Shown: positions 1-12,584 of the stretch, in pieces
Position numbering within the stretch: the stretch's first letter is position 1
Layout: every line of letters begins with the position of its first letter
Source of the DNA: the human T2T-CHM13v2.0 reference genome, Homo sapiens
Direction: 5' to 3' (one strand)
NCBI RefSeq assembly: GCF_009914755.1
Contig: NC_060934.1
DNA: 64,000 nucleotides
Notes under the pieces: model-generated
What the model was told of the DNA's origin: nothing
The model's database searches: none
What the model saw: only the letters and a program-made list of their open reading frames with translations
Position numbers and translations under genes: made by a program

Positions 1-640
1 GCTGTGAATCAACTACCAGCATACATGCCAGTCCTGTGGCAATACATGACGTGAATGGTCCCTACCTTCAGAGAGCAGGGACACAGTTTGACAAATAAGG
101 AGGGTGAGAGGTTCACACGAGGCCGTCTTTAACAGGTGTCTCCAGATGGACCTGCGACTGGTGCTGTGAAGGCCCAGTGTGAAGGGGGGCAGTCACTGTC
201 ATCTGTATGCTGAGGATGTGAGGGCGGGATTGGGGTGGTCAGACAAGTGTGTGTAGGGTTCAGACAGGCAGCAAGGGAGGCAGATGACATCCATCCACAG
301 GGTCCAGTAGGACTGAGAGGTGGGAGGTTGTTCTGGACAGAGAACAAGGAGGCCAGACTGATGGGGCAGGGATTCATGCAGGTCCGGGATGGGGAGGATT
401 GAGAGAGCAGAGTGAGGAGACAGCTACATGCCTGAGTGTGGAGGCCCAGAGCACCAGGTAAGGAGCTTCTGTCGTTGCTGGGTAACAGGAAGCCTCACCA
501 TCTCATCACCCAGGGGAGGGTGGGAGGGCGTCTTTTAGGAAATGCATAGTTGTGGCTATGCCTAAAATGGACTAGAGGTACCAGGCTAGGCAGAGATGGT
601 TGCAGGAACCAGGTGAGAGGCCAATGCACACCCAAGTTGC
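1..640 (-). mobile_element. Degraded L2 LINE fragment
   Basis: Purine-rich stretch resembling the reverse complement of the L2 3' region (e.g. 'ggttgcaggaaccaggtgagagg'). Highly diverged; boundaries approximate. Confidence 0.45.
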
Positions 641-2129
641 CAGGGAAGGGGAAGCAGCATTGACTGTCAAATGCCTCCGTACCTTTCTAAGAGGGACCTT
701 GTTCTGATCAATAGCAGCCTTTCAGTTATGAGATTAGGCAGGGTCTCAGAAAACAATGCTGCTCCAATCCAATCTCGAGCTCCAGGACTTTAGCTGGTGG
801 CCAGTAACAGAAGGGCAGGAGGAAATATGAATTTCCCTCTCTTTTGGCATTGATTGTTCCTGCGAATCATGTGTGGGCTTTGATTCCCACACCCCCAAGC
901 CCGAGCAGGAAGGAAGGAGTGTGCTGGGCTGGGGACTCAGGCCTCATAACTCCCTGGGCCAGGGATCTGATGGGGGAGCAGTTTCCTTGGGCCAGGGACC
1001 AAGTAGAGCAAACGCAGAGTGCGATGGCATCTTGGCGCTGTGATGTCCCACCACCAGCTCGGATAGTCACTGAGGTTTCCTTTGTGTGGTGGGTGGCTGG
1101 GAAGGCATGCGGGGTGCCACGGGAGACGAGCAGGGTATGCAGGAGCATGCCAGTGTAAGCCCCAGCCCCTTAGCACGTTGACGGTGTGTGGACCCCTAGT
1201 GGAACCTGAGTTGGTAACTCTCCCTGTCTCGATGTCACACTCACACACAGAACAAACACATCAGTGACCGATCAGACTGTGGTAAGGTAAATACATCATC
1301 GCAGAGAGAAAGGGGCTTCCAAACTGTGGGCGAGCCTCTCTTGTCTTGCAGGCCCTGGCCTGGGCCTCTTCCAGCAAGTTGCCAGTCACTCTTGGTCATT
1401 GGCCCAACCTGTGGTTCCTAGGAATGGCAGCCTTCCCTTTGCTCAAATCCTCCCCTGCCCAGGAGTATCACTTGCATTTGCTTTTTTACAGGTTGAGCTC
1501 TGGTTATCCAACCTACCTCCCCACGTGAGGCCATTTGGCGGGTAGGACTGTCAAGTATTCAATCATTTGCACCATTACCTTTAATATTAGCTGTATTTAG
1601 TTTATTCATAAAGGCCTGCCTCACATGAGAGGATTCTTTCCATAATCGTGACAATTGCGTGCAAGCTCCCCTCTGAAATGTGTCATCTGTCTCCTTCAGT
1701 AAAAATCCAAATGTTCTTGCTGGGGTTGAAAAGAGAGGGATTTCTTTGGTTCTCTCTCAGCCTCTTTCCAAGAAACTCGATCTTGTCGGGGCATGAACAC
1801 TGCCTGGGCAGCCCTAGATGGCCTTGGATGCAGCAGCTGCCCCAGCAGGAGGCCTCGGGTGGTGGGTGGTAGAAACGGAAGGAACCTTGGGATCGGGTAT
1901 TACAAACTCGCCATTTTACAGCCATGGGGACTGAAGCCTAGAGGGGCTTTGAGGGAATTGTTTGTGCTGCCTCATCAGGTCAGTGGTGGTCTGGGTTTGA
2001 ACCCGAGTCTCTTGTTCATGGGCTTTTCCTGCTGCATGTCTGGGCCACAGGCCAAGCCTCAGGACTGAGACCTGCAAAGTGATAGGTGCCTGGGAAGCCA
2101 CGGCCGGTGCTCTGTGCACACTGCCCTAG

Positions 2130-2265
2130 TTGTCACACTAACACTGCAAAAGAACTCATGTGCTCCTGGTTTTCAGCTCAATAAATGGAGGCTCAGAAGA
2201 AATGAAATTGCTTGTCTGAGTCCTCACAGCCAAGAAATGGCACCAGCATTTGGATCCAGGCTTGC
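2130..2265 (-). mobile_element. MIR SINE fragment
   Basis: 'aaatggaggctcagaagaaatgaaattgcttgtctgagtcctcacagccaagaaatggc' matches the reverse complement of the MIR core. Confidence 0.6.
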
Positions 2266-2269
2266 CTGG

Positions 2270-2655
2270 GGCTGTGCACTGAATGTTTATGGCCCCCTAG
2301 AATTCATACGTTGAAGCCTAACTCCCAATGCGATGTTGTTTGGAGGGGCTACCATTAGGAGGTGATTAGGTCATGAGTGGGGGAGCCCTCAGGATGGGAT
2401 TAGTGCCCTTATACAAAGAGGCTCCAGGGGTTTTTCTTCCTCTCTCTCTCTCTCTCCACTCTGGGAGAAAACAGCCATCTGCAAACCCGGAATCCGGCCC
2501 TCAGGAAACACTGGATCTGCCAGCACCTTGACCTCAGACTTCTGGCATCCAGAAGCAGGAGAAGTGTTTGCTGTTGAAGCCACCCAGCTCCCCCTCCACA
2601 CCCACCCTGCTGTGCAGTCTCTTGAGCCTGTGCTGCAGACCAGCCTGGTGGACTC
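2270..2655 (+). mobile_element. MaLR solo LTR (MLT1A/MLT1A0-like)
   Basis: 'ctgaatgtttatggccccctagaattcatacgttgaagcc...gattaggtcatgag...gggattagtgcccttata...tctgccagcaccttgacctcagacttc' follows the MLT1A consensus order. Confidence 0.8.
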
Positions 2656-3229
2656 CACTGGAAGACCACGGCTCTCAGCACAGTGTCTGTAAAAACCAGA
2701 ACCAAGCAAGACTTGGAACACTGTGGACACCTCCAGTCTGACTGCTCCGTGCTTTGCCTGGGTGACCCTGTGCTGGTGCAGGCTCCCCTGAATGGTGGTC
2801 TCCTCCCAGTGTGGGGTGAAAGCCTCTGCCCTCAGGGTCCCTTGACTCAACATATTTATCTCCCCAACACCCACCACTGTGTGCCTCCTTCCCACATCCC
2901 TGGTCCAAGGAAGGGCAGGGTAGCTCCCTCCTCTTTCTACTTGTCTTTCCTCACTACACCTTCAGGGCCCCGTCTATGCAGGTTGGCTGAGGGCCAGCCC
3001 AAGGAACCAAGAAAAATCTCCTCTGTCACAAAACCTTGTGCCTTGTTCTGTTGCAAAGTTCTATTTTGAAGGTTAGAATTGAAATGTAATCTCCTTCCTT
3101 CTGTAACAAATTCTCATCTTCCCAGAAGCAAATCGTTCATGCAGGCCAAAGAGAGAGAAGGCCAGGTACTCAGTAGAAGTAAAAAGAGAAACTCATACTA
3201 ATATTTAGCCAAACATTTATCCTTCTATT

Positions 3230-3570
3230 TATTTACTTGCTTACTTATTTATTAACTCATGTTCACCATTTAAAAATTACAAAATACTGATAGGTATTTG
3301 ATATGTTGCATTACAGGCTTTTCCTAAGTGCCTTGTATACAAGTCTACTTTCCACAAAATGAGATTATGCTCTACATATCGATTTAAAGCTCACTTTTTG
3401 CAGTGAGTGAACAATTTGGAACTGTAAGAACATCTTGCCCATCTAGTAGACTTCTCCACTCTTCTTCCTGGCTGCTGAGTCTTCCATTTTTTTCTTTCTA
3501 AGAGTGCTGTCACTTATTCAATCAATCCTTTATTGTTGGACCGATCACATATCTGAATGTTGCTGGGCTG
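3230..3570 (-). mobile_element. Old L1 (L1ME-like) fragment
   Basis: AT-rich, with remnants such as 'cacttattcaatcaatcctttattgttggac' typical of L1M 3' regions on the minus strand. Confidence 0.45.
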
Positions 3571-4044
3571 CAGCACAGCTGTTTTGCGATTTGGAGGAAC
3601 CCAATCTTTCTCCTCCCACCTGTACGGTGAATGCTTCTGCTATAACCAATCAGAATAACAGGGCAAACATCTGGGTATTTGAAACAGTATCTGATGTTAA
3701 CTGGACAGAAAGACCACCCGCAAAATGAAGTATTCATTTCACCCAGATATGTTTTTCCAGATATTTGGAATCTCGTAGAAGGCATCCCAGAGAGGCCACT
3801 CCTCTCTTTTTCTGGTTTCTTGGACTTCTGCATCAATTTCTTGGATTAGGGGGTTGTTCTATGTCTACTCATTCTTGCTTCGTGAAATTCTAGAAATTCT
3901 GGGTGCATCTTTTTATCTCATCCCAGAGTATGTTCTGTTGTTTGATTCCTTCTTGTGGTAGCTGAGACTTTAAGAGTTTCTTTCTCAACTTTTTATCTTG
4001 AAAATCTTTAATTAGACAGGAAAGTTGAATAAATGTCACAATGA

Positions 4045-4076
<32 letters not shown>
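4045..4076. repeat. Compound (TA)n(CA)n microsatellite
   Basis: Seen directly: atatatat... followed by acacacac... Confidence 0.95.
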
Positions 4077-4096
4077 CCATGATTTAGATCAAACTT

Positions 4097-4880
4097 TGTT
4101 TCTGTTATCTCTTTCTGTATAACAAACCACCCCAAGTGCAATGGCATAAAAACCACAATTTCACAATTTCTCATTCTCACGATTCTGTGGGTCGACTGGG
4201 TGATTATTCTGCTTTACGTGGTGTTGGCTGGGGCACTGGGATAGCTGGAATGTCCAAAATATTCTTACATGGCTAGGAGTTCAGAGCTCATGGCTCTCTC
4301 CATGTGGCTGTTTGGGCTTCTCTGCAGCATGGTGGCTGGGTTCCTAGAAGAAATGGACCAAGACACAAAGCAGAAACCACAAAGGCATTTTATGACCTCA
4401 CCTTGGAAGGACCTCACCTAGGAAGACCTCACAGCATCCCCTGACACTTTTGTTCACAAGGCCTGTCCAGATCCAACAGTGGGGAGCTCCATCTCTTGAC
4501 ACAGGTCGGGTGGAGGGAGTGGGGAAGGAACAAGTGGCAAGGTCACAGGGCAAAAGGTCATGTAGACGGGGGGGATGTTGTTGCCTTGGAAATGTAATCT
4601 ACTACAGCTTTTCCTCTGGCTACAAAAATTTACATTCCTCCCACCTGCAAAAGACTCATTCACTTCCTCCCCTAAAAGTCTCATCCCATTACAGTGTCAC
4701 ACTGAGGCTCGAAGTCCATCTTGTCATCAAAGTCAGGTATGGTTCCTCCACACAGGGGCCTGGGAACTAAAGGACACAGACCCAGCATGCCATGGGAAGA
4801 CAGGGACAGGATAGCTGCAACAGACAGTCCTGCCCAAAAGGAGGTCATTTCACACTATGAGTGCTCCTGTCCCTGTTGAT
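4097..4880 (-). mobile_element. MaLR LTR (MLT1F/G/H-like) plus adjoining internal fragment
   Basis: 'tataacaaaccaccccaa...tctcacgattctgtgggtc...tctctccatgtggct...gggcttctctgcagcatggtggctgggttcc' is the minus-strand MLT1 LTR pattern. Sequence after about 4610 resembles MLT-int. Confidence 0.7.
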
Positions 4881-4911
4881 CCTGCATATAAACAAGTAAA
4901 CAAGAAGGGTC

Positions 4912-5229
<318 letters not shown>

Positions 5230-5649
5230 TCATGGGCACCAATGTGGTAGATTAGTGCCAATGTGAATTTAGGGTGCAAAAGTCATATCACATGTTGTAT
5301 TATTATATATACTAAAATAGCTTTTATTTGTCAATGGCTTCTGGATTTCTAAATCCAATGGACAATTCCCAATCTTCATTTTATTGGACTTCGCAATACA
5401 CAAGGCTGATATTCACAGCCAATGGGTTGGTGAGCCACCTTTCTGTTTAAAAAAAAAAAAAATACAGGAGGAAAAAAAAAACTCCAGCTAGGTATCTACA
5501 CAGGAAAAATAGATGGTTAACAGTTCCCCATGGTTTCCAGGCTCTGAGGATGGTCTAAGCATCTCCCAGAGTAAGAAGGTCTCCATGGTGTTTACCATTT
5601 AACACATCAGATTCCAGTGGTCTCTGTACATGGCACTTATTTTCTTCAT

Positions 5650-5810
5650 GAAGTGGAACTTGAGTGTTGGAAATGGCCCCAGATCATCCTATACAACCTC
5701 CTCATTCTGTAGACAAAGAGAACTGAAGGTCTGTGAATGGCAGACACTTGGGCAAGGTCCCACGGTGACTTAGTGGCAGAGCCAGGGGCATCCTCTAGCT
5801 TCTCATACAA
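5650..5810 (-). mobile_element. MIR/MIR3 fragment
   Basis: 'agatcatcctatacaacctcctcattctgtagacaaagagaactgaagg...gcaaggtcccacgg...agtggcagagccaggg'. Confidence 0.6.
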
Positions 5811-6439
5811 TAATCTACTGTCTTGGATAGTTGCTCGTTCTCCATTCTGTACACACCTACAAGGTGTCTGCTGTGGGGCAGCTACTGTAGCAGGCATGAG
5901 GACTACAGAGAGAAAAATAAGTACTCTATGCGCTGAAAATGCTTAGAGTCCCAGCCAGGGACACACCCAAAGAGGAGCAGCTTTAGTTCAAAGCATGTGG
6001 ATGCCGGGTCTCTTGGAAGGTTTTCCTCTTAGGAACCAGTGTTAATGGCATCGCTTTCAAGACTTTGCGGGCTCCTGATTCTTGAACGGGGGTCAAGATG
6101 TAGACAGTTGGCACGGTTCCACTGAGGTTAGCCATGCGCAGCAGGAATAGGGTAGGTGGGGGCACATTCTGCCACGGTGACCATGGCCTCTGTAAAGTGA
6201 ATTAGGGGCAATTGCCAAGTGGACCAACATCTGCTTCAGCGTCTTGAGAAAGCTGAAAATAAAAATCGATGCGTATAAAATTAGGCTGTCGAGTGAACCT
6301 CAGACCACAGGTAATTGCAATCTGAGTTCACGTTGCTGCGACTATCCTGAACAGCTCAGAAAACAGGTACTTTTCACCACATACAGTGTCTGTGTTCTCA
6401 GCTCCTGCTCCAGGGATAGTTTCTGGCTTGTTAAATGAC

Positions 6440-7960
6440 ACTGCTGGACATCCCCCAGAATTTAATTTTAATATCACCTCCTCCTCCTTTGCTTAACATA
6501 TACCCATTTATGTTCTGCAATTTCAGAGAAAGGAACATATAATAATTATGTTTTAGAAATTGGAACAAGAAACTAGCAGATGCAAGTTTAGTGAATATTG
6601 AGTTTTAAAATTGTCTGGCTGTGATTTGTGGCCATGTCATGGCAAATATTTTTCAATGTCACTGCCTTAGCCAGTGCTGTCACTAAGGCAGTCAGCTGGG
6701 GAATAGAGGGCTGAACACTATGATCTCAATATTAATGGGAGCTGTTGAAAGTGGCAAAGGTGATAAAGTATTGTTTAGCTATTGGTGCCATACTTTGGCT
6801 GCGGGACATTATTATAAAACGCAGTCTGTTTTTGTCAGATTTCAATCATGGCTTCAATAACATGTTTAGAAACTTAGAATACAGGAGACCACAAAACAAT
6901 GATGTTTTCCCCCCTTAAACTAAAGGACTTTAGATTGCAATCTGAAGAAATGAGGTTTGAAATTTGGATCTTACTTTATTATTTTTTCTCCAAATTATTC
7001 AGTGATAGGACATCCTTGCCTGACTTCCAGTAGTCAGATGGGTTCGATGTGGCTTCAAGAAGTTGAGAAGTTGATATAATCTCTTCCTTTGAACTCTCGA
7101 TAGGGCAAGATTACTGCTGGTTGTGCAAAGAGCAGACCTAGTGCAGTGGACAGAGTCGCGGATCACCCTTTCCCCCACCTCCCTGGACCAGTCCAGGAAG
7201 AGAGAGTTATGCAAAGTGTATAATACTTTAAAAAATAATATCCTGTTTTGCAAAATTGCATTTCATTCAGGAAATAACAGGATTTCCCATCTCGGCCGCA
7301 ACCCTGTGGAGAAGGTGAATGAACGCTTTGGTGGAGGAGGCTGCCCCTGTCATTAATAGCGCCTGGGTTTAAACTTATAATTAAAATAACCTTTAAAATT
7401 CAATTTTTATAGATGGAGGAGATAACTTGATTTGAAACCCTTCAATGCACACATTTTATGTAGCACTCACCCAAATCCAATGGTACCATAGAAAAACGGG
7501 AACATAAAACTTGATGATGAGAGTTTATATAACTTTTAAATATCAAGCTGTCAGGCTTTGTGCCGGTAGAAATATTGTAATTGGACAAGAGTAAAGAAAA
7601 AGAGTTTACATTAGCATTGAGGGTTTTTGAGTGAATTCAGACCAAGCAGAATATAATGGAAACCCCTTTAAAAGAAAGAGGAGAGAAAAACTCGAGGTCC
7701 AAGCATAGTCTGACCTTCCTTTCAGAAGAGATCTGCTTGATAAAACAGACACAACCCCAATAAAATACTAACAATAGAAAAAAGTAAATAGAAATCATAT
7801 TAAGCAGTGGCGATATTGCCTGAATTGAAACAAAAATTAGGTATAATAGCCTTGGCGGGTTTTAATATGGTCCCCAATCACATCACAATACGAAGCATAT
7901 CATGGTGTTTCTAAATAATGTTTATCATCTTGAAATCTCCCTGCCTGGTAGACAACTTGC
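6440..7960. promoter_or_regulatory. Candidate conserved non-coding enhancer block
   Basis: About 1.5 kb with no recognisable repeat, AT-rich relative to its flanks, many TAAT/ATTA cores and TGTCA sites, retained CpGs. Inference only. Confidence 0.45.
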
Positions 7961-8734
7961 ATTATTTGAGGTTTGTGGGTTTTTTTTTTTTTAAAGAACT
8001 CATAAATATTTAATGTCCAGGATCAAGAATGGGGCTGGGGGAGGGGACATGTCTCTCAGAACAGTAATGTTTCTCTGTGTGACAGGCCCTGGCATTGTCT
8101 GGAGCTAAGGCTTGGCCCTGGTGTGAAGCTTTGGGATGAGGAGTGTGTCCCTCTGAGGACCTGGAGCCCCCTGGTACCAGGGTTACAGAGAGGATCCCAG
8201 ATGGCAGGGCAGCCTGCCCCAGATGCACTCACACCTGTCCGCTGTACCTGGGCAGGAGTAGTCTCGGGTGACTTTTTCCCTTGTGCATTGTGGAGCACGG
8301 GGCTACAGAGGAAAAAAAAGTGGGCCAGTGGGCTCCTGTTGGCCATATCCTAATGCAATTCTGAATTCTAGGAGCTGGTGGGAACATTGGCCTTCCAGCT
8401 GGCTATCCATCTCCTCCACTGGTCAACCAGCCAGTGTGTCTTTATTGAGGGCCTTCAAGGGGCCAGGCATAGAATCCTCAATGTTGTTTTCTGTTGCTTG
8501 TAAGATTCTTAAGGGAATATTTTTGACCTTTTCTGAAGTTTCAGAAGCCTGTGTTTTCTTCAGGATCAATGCTGCATGCATTCAATAAGAGTTTGGAATC
8601 TGGTCTTTTTTAGACTTTTTGGCTCAGGATGGGAAGAGAGGCGAGCCAGAGAAAGCAACTAGCCCATGTGCTGTTTCCTCACAATACCTGCAATTCATTT
8701 TTAAAAAATCTCTGACTCTCCAGTTCAGTTCTGC

Positions 8735-8890
8735 ACCATTCGTTCATTTGTTCACTCCACAAATATTTACTGAGAACCTACAGTATGCCAGGCACTATTC
8801 CAGGCTCTGGGGGTACGATATTGATCAACCCAGCACATTTGCTGTCTTCCCGGAGCTAGTATGTCAGTGGATATTGCACATCACTTGAAA
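8735..8890 (-). mobile_element. L2 3' end
   Basis: 'cattcgttcatttgttcactccacaaatatttactgagaacctacagtatgccaggcactattccaggctctgg' is the reverse complement of the L2 terminus. Confidence 0.75.
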
Positions 8891-9866
8891 CGTGGGCCCC
8901 CTTAAGAGACAGAGAGGTGAGATGCAAAATACCTTTTTGGGAACAGTGACTGGTTTGGGCTCAGAAGCACCTTGACTCACACAGGATTTATACCAGTCTT
9001 TCATGCAAGAGCCAGCAACCACTGTGCTCATACAGTTCTTCCCCACCAGACTTCAGCATCCTCTCAGGGAAGGGGACCAGAACAGGGGACCATCTTCACT
9101 GGTCCTGGGCCTTTCTCTCTGTGTCCATTTGCTAATGTTCCCTGCAGCTGTCTCAGGTGGACGCGACTGCCACATCCTTGAACATGGGCACATTTACTTA
9201 CACAGATGCACAGAACCTGACATGCTCCCTTTTGAGTCCCAACATAGTGTCACCACCCTGTCAATTGCCCCAGAAAGAGGACCTGAGCCAACAGCACTGC
9301 ATTCTTGTCTGCACAAAAACAGGGATGGTCTCGGGAGAATAATGAAGAGGAAGATTTGGCTTGCCCTGGGCCTGGGCCACCACATAGGGTCCGCTGCCTA
9401 CTGTGTCTCTGGGTCCCGTGCTCCTTGGGAAGCCAGCTGTGGTTGTCATGACAGCAGCCACCCCTGGAGCTCCCACAGCATGGAGTCTGGCCTATCTCAG
9501 AGTTGCCAGCCTTTCCCTGTCTACCAGACCATGGAGGTCCAGCCATACATGTCATGTGGCCCAACCGATCAGCTAGTGAGAACTGGCGAGTGACTTAGAG
9601 AGCCAGCTCTGGGTCTAGAAACTATCACATAGACCACAAAGAAACTCACTGTGGTCCTCAGAGTCAAGGGCCTGAGACAGTATCATCTCACCAGCAGACA
9701 TTCAAATTTGATCTTCCTTTCTGAGGCCAGAGGCTGAATCTGGAAGGCCATGACAAGAGTGAGGAGGATTCAAGGAGTGGCAACAGCCGACAGGCTAGCA
9801 CATGGCATGCTTAGGGCTGTGCCGGGGCTTGTGGAGCCCTGTCACCTCTATGAAATGGGTGCTGCA

Positions 9867-10163
<297 letters not shown>

Positions 10164-10184
10164 GGGCACTGCAGGCAGCCTGTG

Positions 10185-10350
10185 CTAGGTGTGAATGCTG
10201 GCCCTGTCACTTCCTTACTAAGTGACCTTGAGCAAATCACACAGTTTTTCTGAGTCTTGCTGTTCTCATCTATAAGTGGGTATGACTGCATGAAGCAGTG
10301 TGAGGATTCAATCTCATATGCAGCAGGCTAAGTGCTGGGAACAGTATCAG
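10185..10350 (+). mobile_element. MIR fragment
   Basis: 'tactaagtgaccttgagcaaatcacacagtttttctgagtcttgctgttctcatctataagtggg...tgtgaggattcaat'. Confidence 0.7.
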
Positions 10351-10973
10351 GCTCCTGGGCTGTGGCCAGCAGGGCTGTTCTGTGAGCACCTGGGCAGGTA
10401 GAGCTCTTTCTCCTCCCCACTGATGTAGGCTTTGCCACCAGGGTCCAAGGCACAGCATCTTTGGTTGCCATTGTTTTACAGAATTTCAAGGGAAATAGCA
10501 TTCCCTATTCTGTTTCCTGCACAGCTCCTGCCACACTCTTCTTGGGGTGGGCTCTCTGGAAGTACCTCCCTTCTTCTGCAGCCCTGAGACAGGCTGGACC
10601 CTGCTGTGAGAAGGGGGATTCCTGCTGGGATGCCCACAGGGAGGGTGAGCAAACATGGGTCTGTCCCTCAAAGGGCTCAGCATGCCCTAGAGACTGGAGA
10701 AGTTTGCAGGGATGCCAGGAGTGTAGTGGGGGGTTGTGGGTGGTGGGCAGTGTGGAGGCCCAAGCAGGGCCTAGTGGTAGGTCATGGTCAGTCCAGCACT
10801 GACACTTTGAATGATGAAGATGTGGCAGATTCCTGCCCTGGGGCCAGAGATGGCTACCAGGTCACGGAGAAACAGGGCTCATGGGGGCATTCTGGAAAAG
10901 TCTTGCTTGGTTGGAGGTCACTAACGTTGCTGCCAGTGTAATACAGAGTCTTGAGGAGGGCCTGGGGTCAGCG

Positions 10974-11222
10974 AGAAGAGAGACAGAGTGGGGAGGCTCA
11001 GAGAGATAGACGGAGACAGGGAGGGAGAGATACAGAAAGGGACAGAGAGACCAAGGCTCAAAGAGACAGAAGGAGACAGAGACCAGGAGAGGGGGAGGCT
11101 CAGAGAGATGGAGAGGGAGATGGGGGGCGGGGTGGAGGGAGAGAGAGAAAGAGAAAAAGAGAAAGAGAAAGAAAGAGAAAATAGGGAGAGAGGTCAGAGA
11201 GAGGAAAAAGAGAGAGAGACAG
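10974..11222. repeat. GA-rich low-complexity polypurine tract
   Basis: Seen directly (gagagacagag..., gagaaa repeats). Source of the R/E-rich spurious ORFs. Confidence 0.9.
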
Positions 11223-11679
11223 GCACTTCCTGAGTGTGCCTGCCAGGCACCGCTGGGCCTGAAGAGGGTGAGCGGGGTGACCGTGTGCCAGCACAAGGGG
11301 GCTAAGCATTTCTGTGTCCCCACATTTGTTGTTACCCACAGTCCTTTGAGGTAAATATTATTAGTCCTCAGTGGACTGTGGCCCATTTTACAGACAACGA
11401 AACAGGCTCAGGACCTCCCCACACCCTCTCCTTTTTGCCTGCTCACTTTCTCCATCCCTCAAGCACAGACCCCAACCTCTGCCTCCTGAACCCGCCACTG
11501 CTCAGCTTTCCCTTCCCCAACCTCACTTCACAGGATGGCAGGGGCGATCCAGGCCATAGCTGCTCACTGTCCTGTGTGCTTTTGGTTAACATGGGTGAAT
11601 CTTGTCTCCCTAAATAAAATTTGTCCTTCTAAGGGCAGAGAGTGTGTCAAAACCCCCAATATCATAGAGATGTTCCCTT

Positions 11680-11800
11680 GAAATTGTGTGCAGATTGACG
11701 TGTGTACGCACGTAGCTATTTTTCTGGGGATGGGGAGGTTGTTCACAGCCCTCACCAGCTTCTCATATAAAAAAGCAAAGCCCCAAAGCCCCACTGCTCT
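11680..11800. mobile_element. Possible MER103-like hAT DNA transposon relic
   Basis: 'atttttctggggatggggaggttgttcacagccctcaccagcttctca...ccactgctct' resembles the recalled MER103C consensus. Confidence 0.4.
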
Positions 11801-12564
11801 GGACGATGCTTCCTCCATGAACAATCTGGGGTCTTAAAGGGACCAGAAATCCCTCCCAGTGTTTCAAGATCACCTAACAAGACAGATGCGCTTGAACAAG
11901 GCGGCCCAGCTTCTCAATGCTTGCTGTGACAATGAGGTTGAGGAGTGGGAAATGGAGAGTGGGAGGTTCTCATCAGGTTACAGGAAGGGGCCAGGAAGAA
12001 GGGATGTGGTTCCCAGGACCAGGGTGAGCCGTGAGCTGACTGACCTCAGACCAGAGCAAAGGCTGAGGCTGTGCATGTGTGGGCGTGTGTGTGCATGTGT
12101 GTGCATGTTGGGGATGGGGGCGAGAACACCTCACCCTCACATGCACTGCTCTCACCCAGTACCATACATGGCTGCCTCTGCCCCAGCTCAGCCTAGAGCG
12201 GGCGCCTAGGCTCTATTGGAGAATGTGCACCAAGAAGACCCAGGTCCTTTGTGTCCCTAGGAGGAATGGAGAGGCCCTTCCTGTGTCTTACAGTCAAGGA
12301 TTCCTGGCTCCTGAGAGCACCACCCCAGAATGCCTTCCAGGGCTAGGAGAGGTACCACTGCTAGTTCACACAGGATGTGGAGCTAGCAGCTGGTGCAGTG
12401 AAAGGTTTGTGCCGCGGTCTCCCGCCTGCTTCAGCGCGTCTTTGGCTCTGCCTTGGACAGTGTCTTAGACTCAGTATTCTTACTTTAAAGTAGGCCTGAG
12501 AAGAAATCCTGCCCAGCTTTCACTCAGTTGTTGTGAGAATTAACTAACAATAATAAATAGACAC

Positions 12565-12584
12565 GTGTGTGTGTGTGTGTGTGT
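12565..12584. repeat. (TG)n microsatellite
   Basis: Seen directly. Confidence 0.9.

Noticed and set aside
4395-4432. Short tandem gacctcacc(t/a)ggaag repeats (similar small duplications at about 19806, 38158 and 51612)
   Set aside because: Ordinary short slippage duplications with no sign of function.
10862-11386. R/E-rich and S/L/F-rich ORFs, also at 24789-25121 and 37763-38150
   Set aside because: Products of GA-rich, CT-rich and (CCAT)n low-complexity tracts that lack stop codons.
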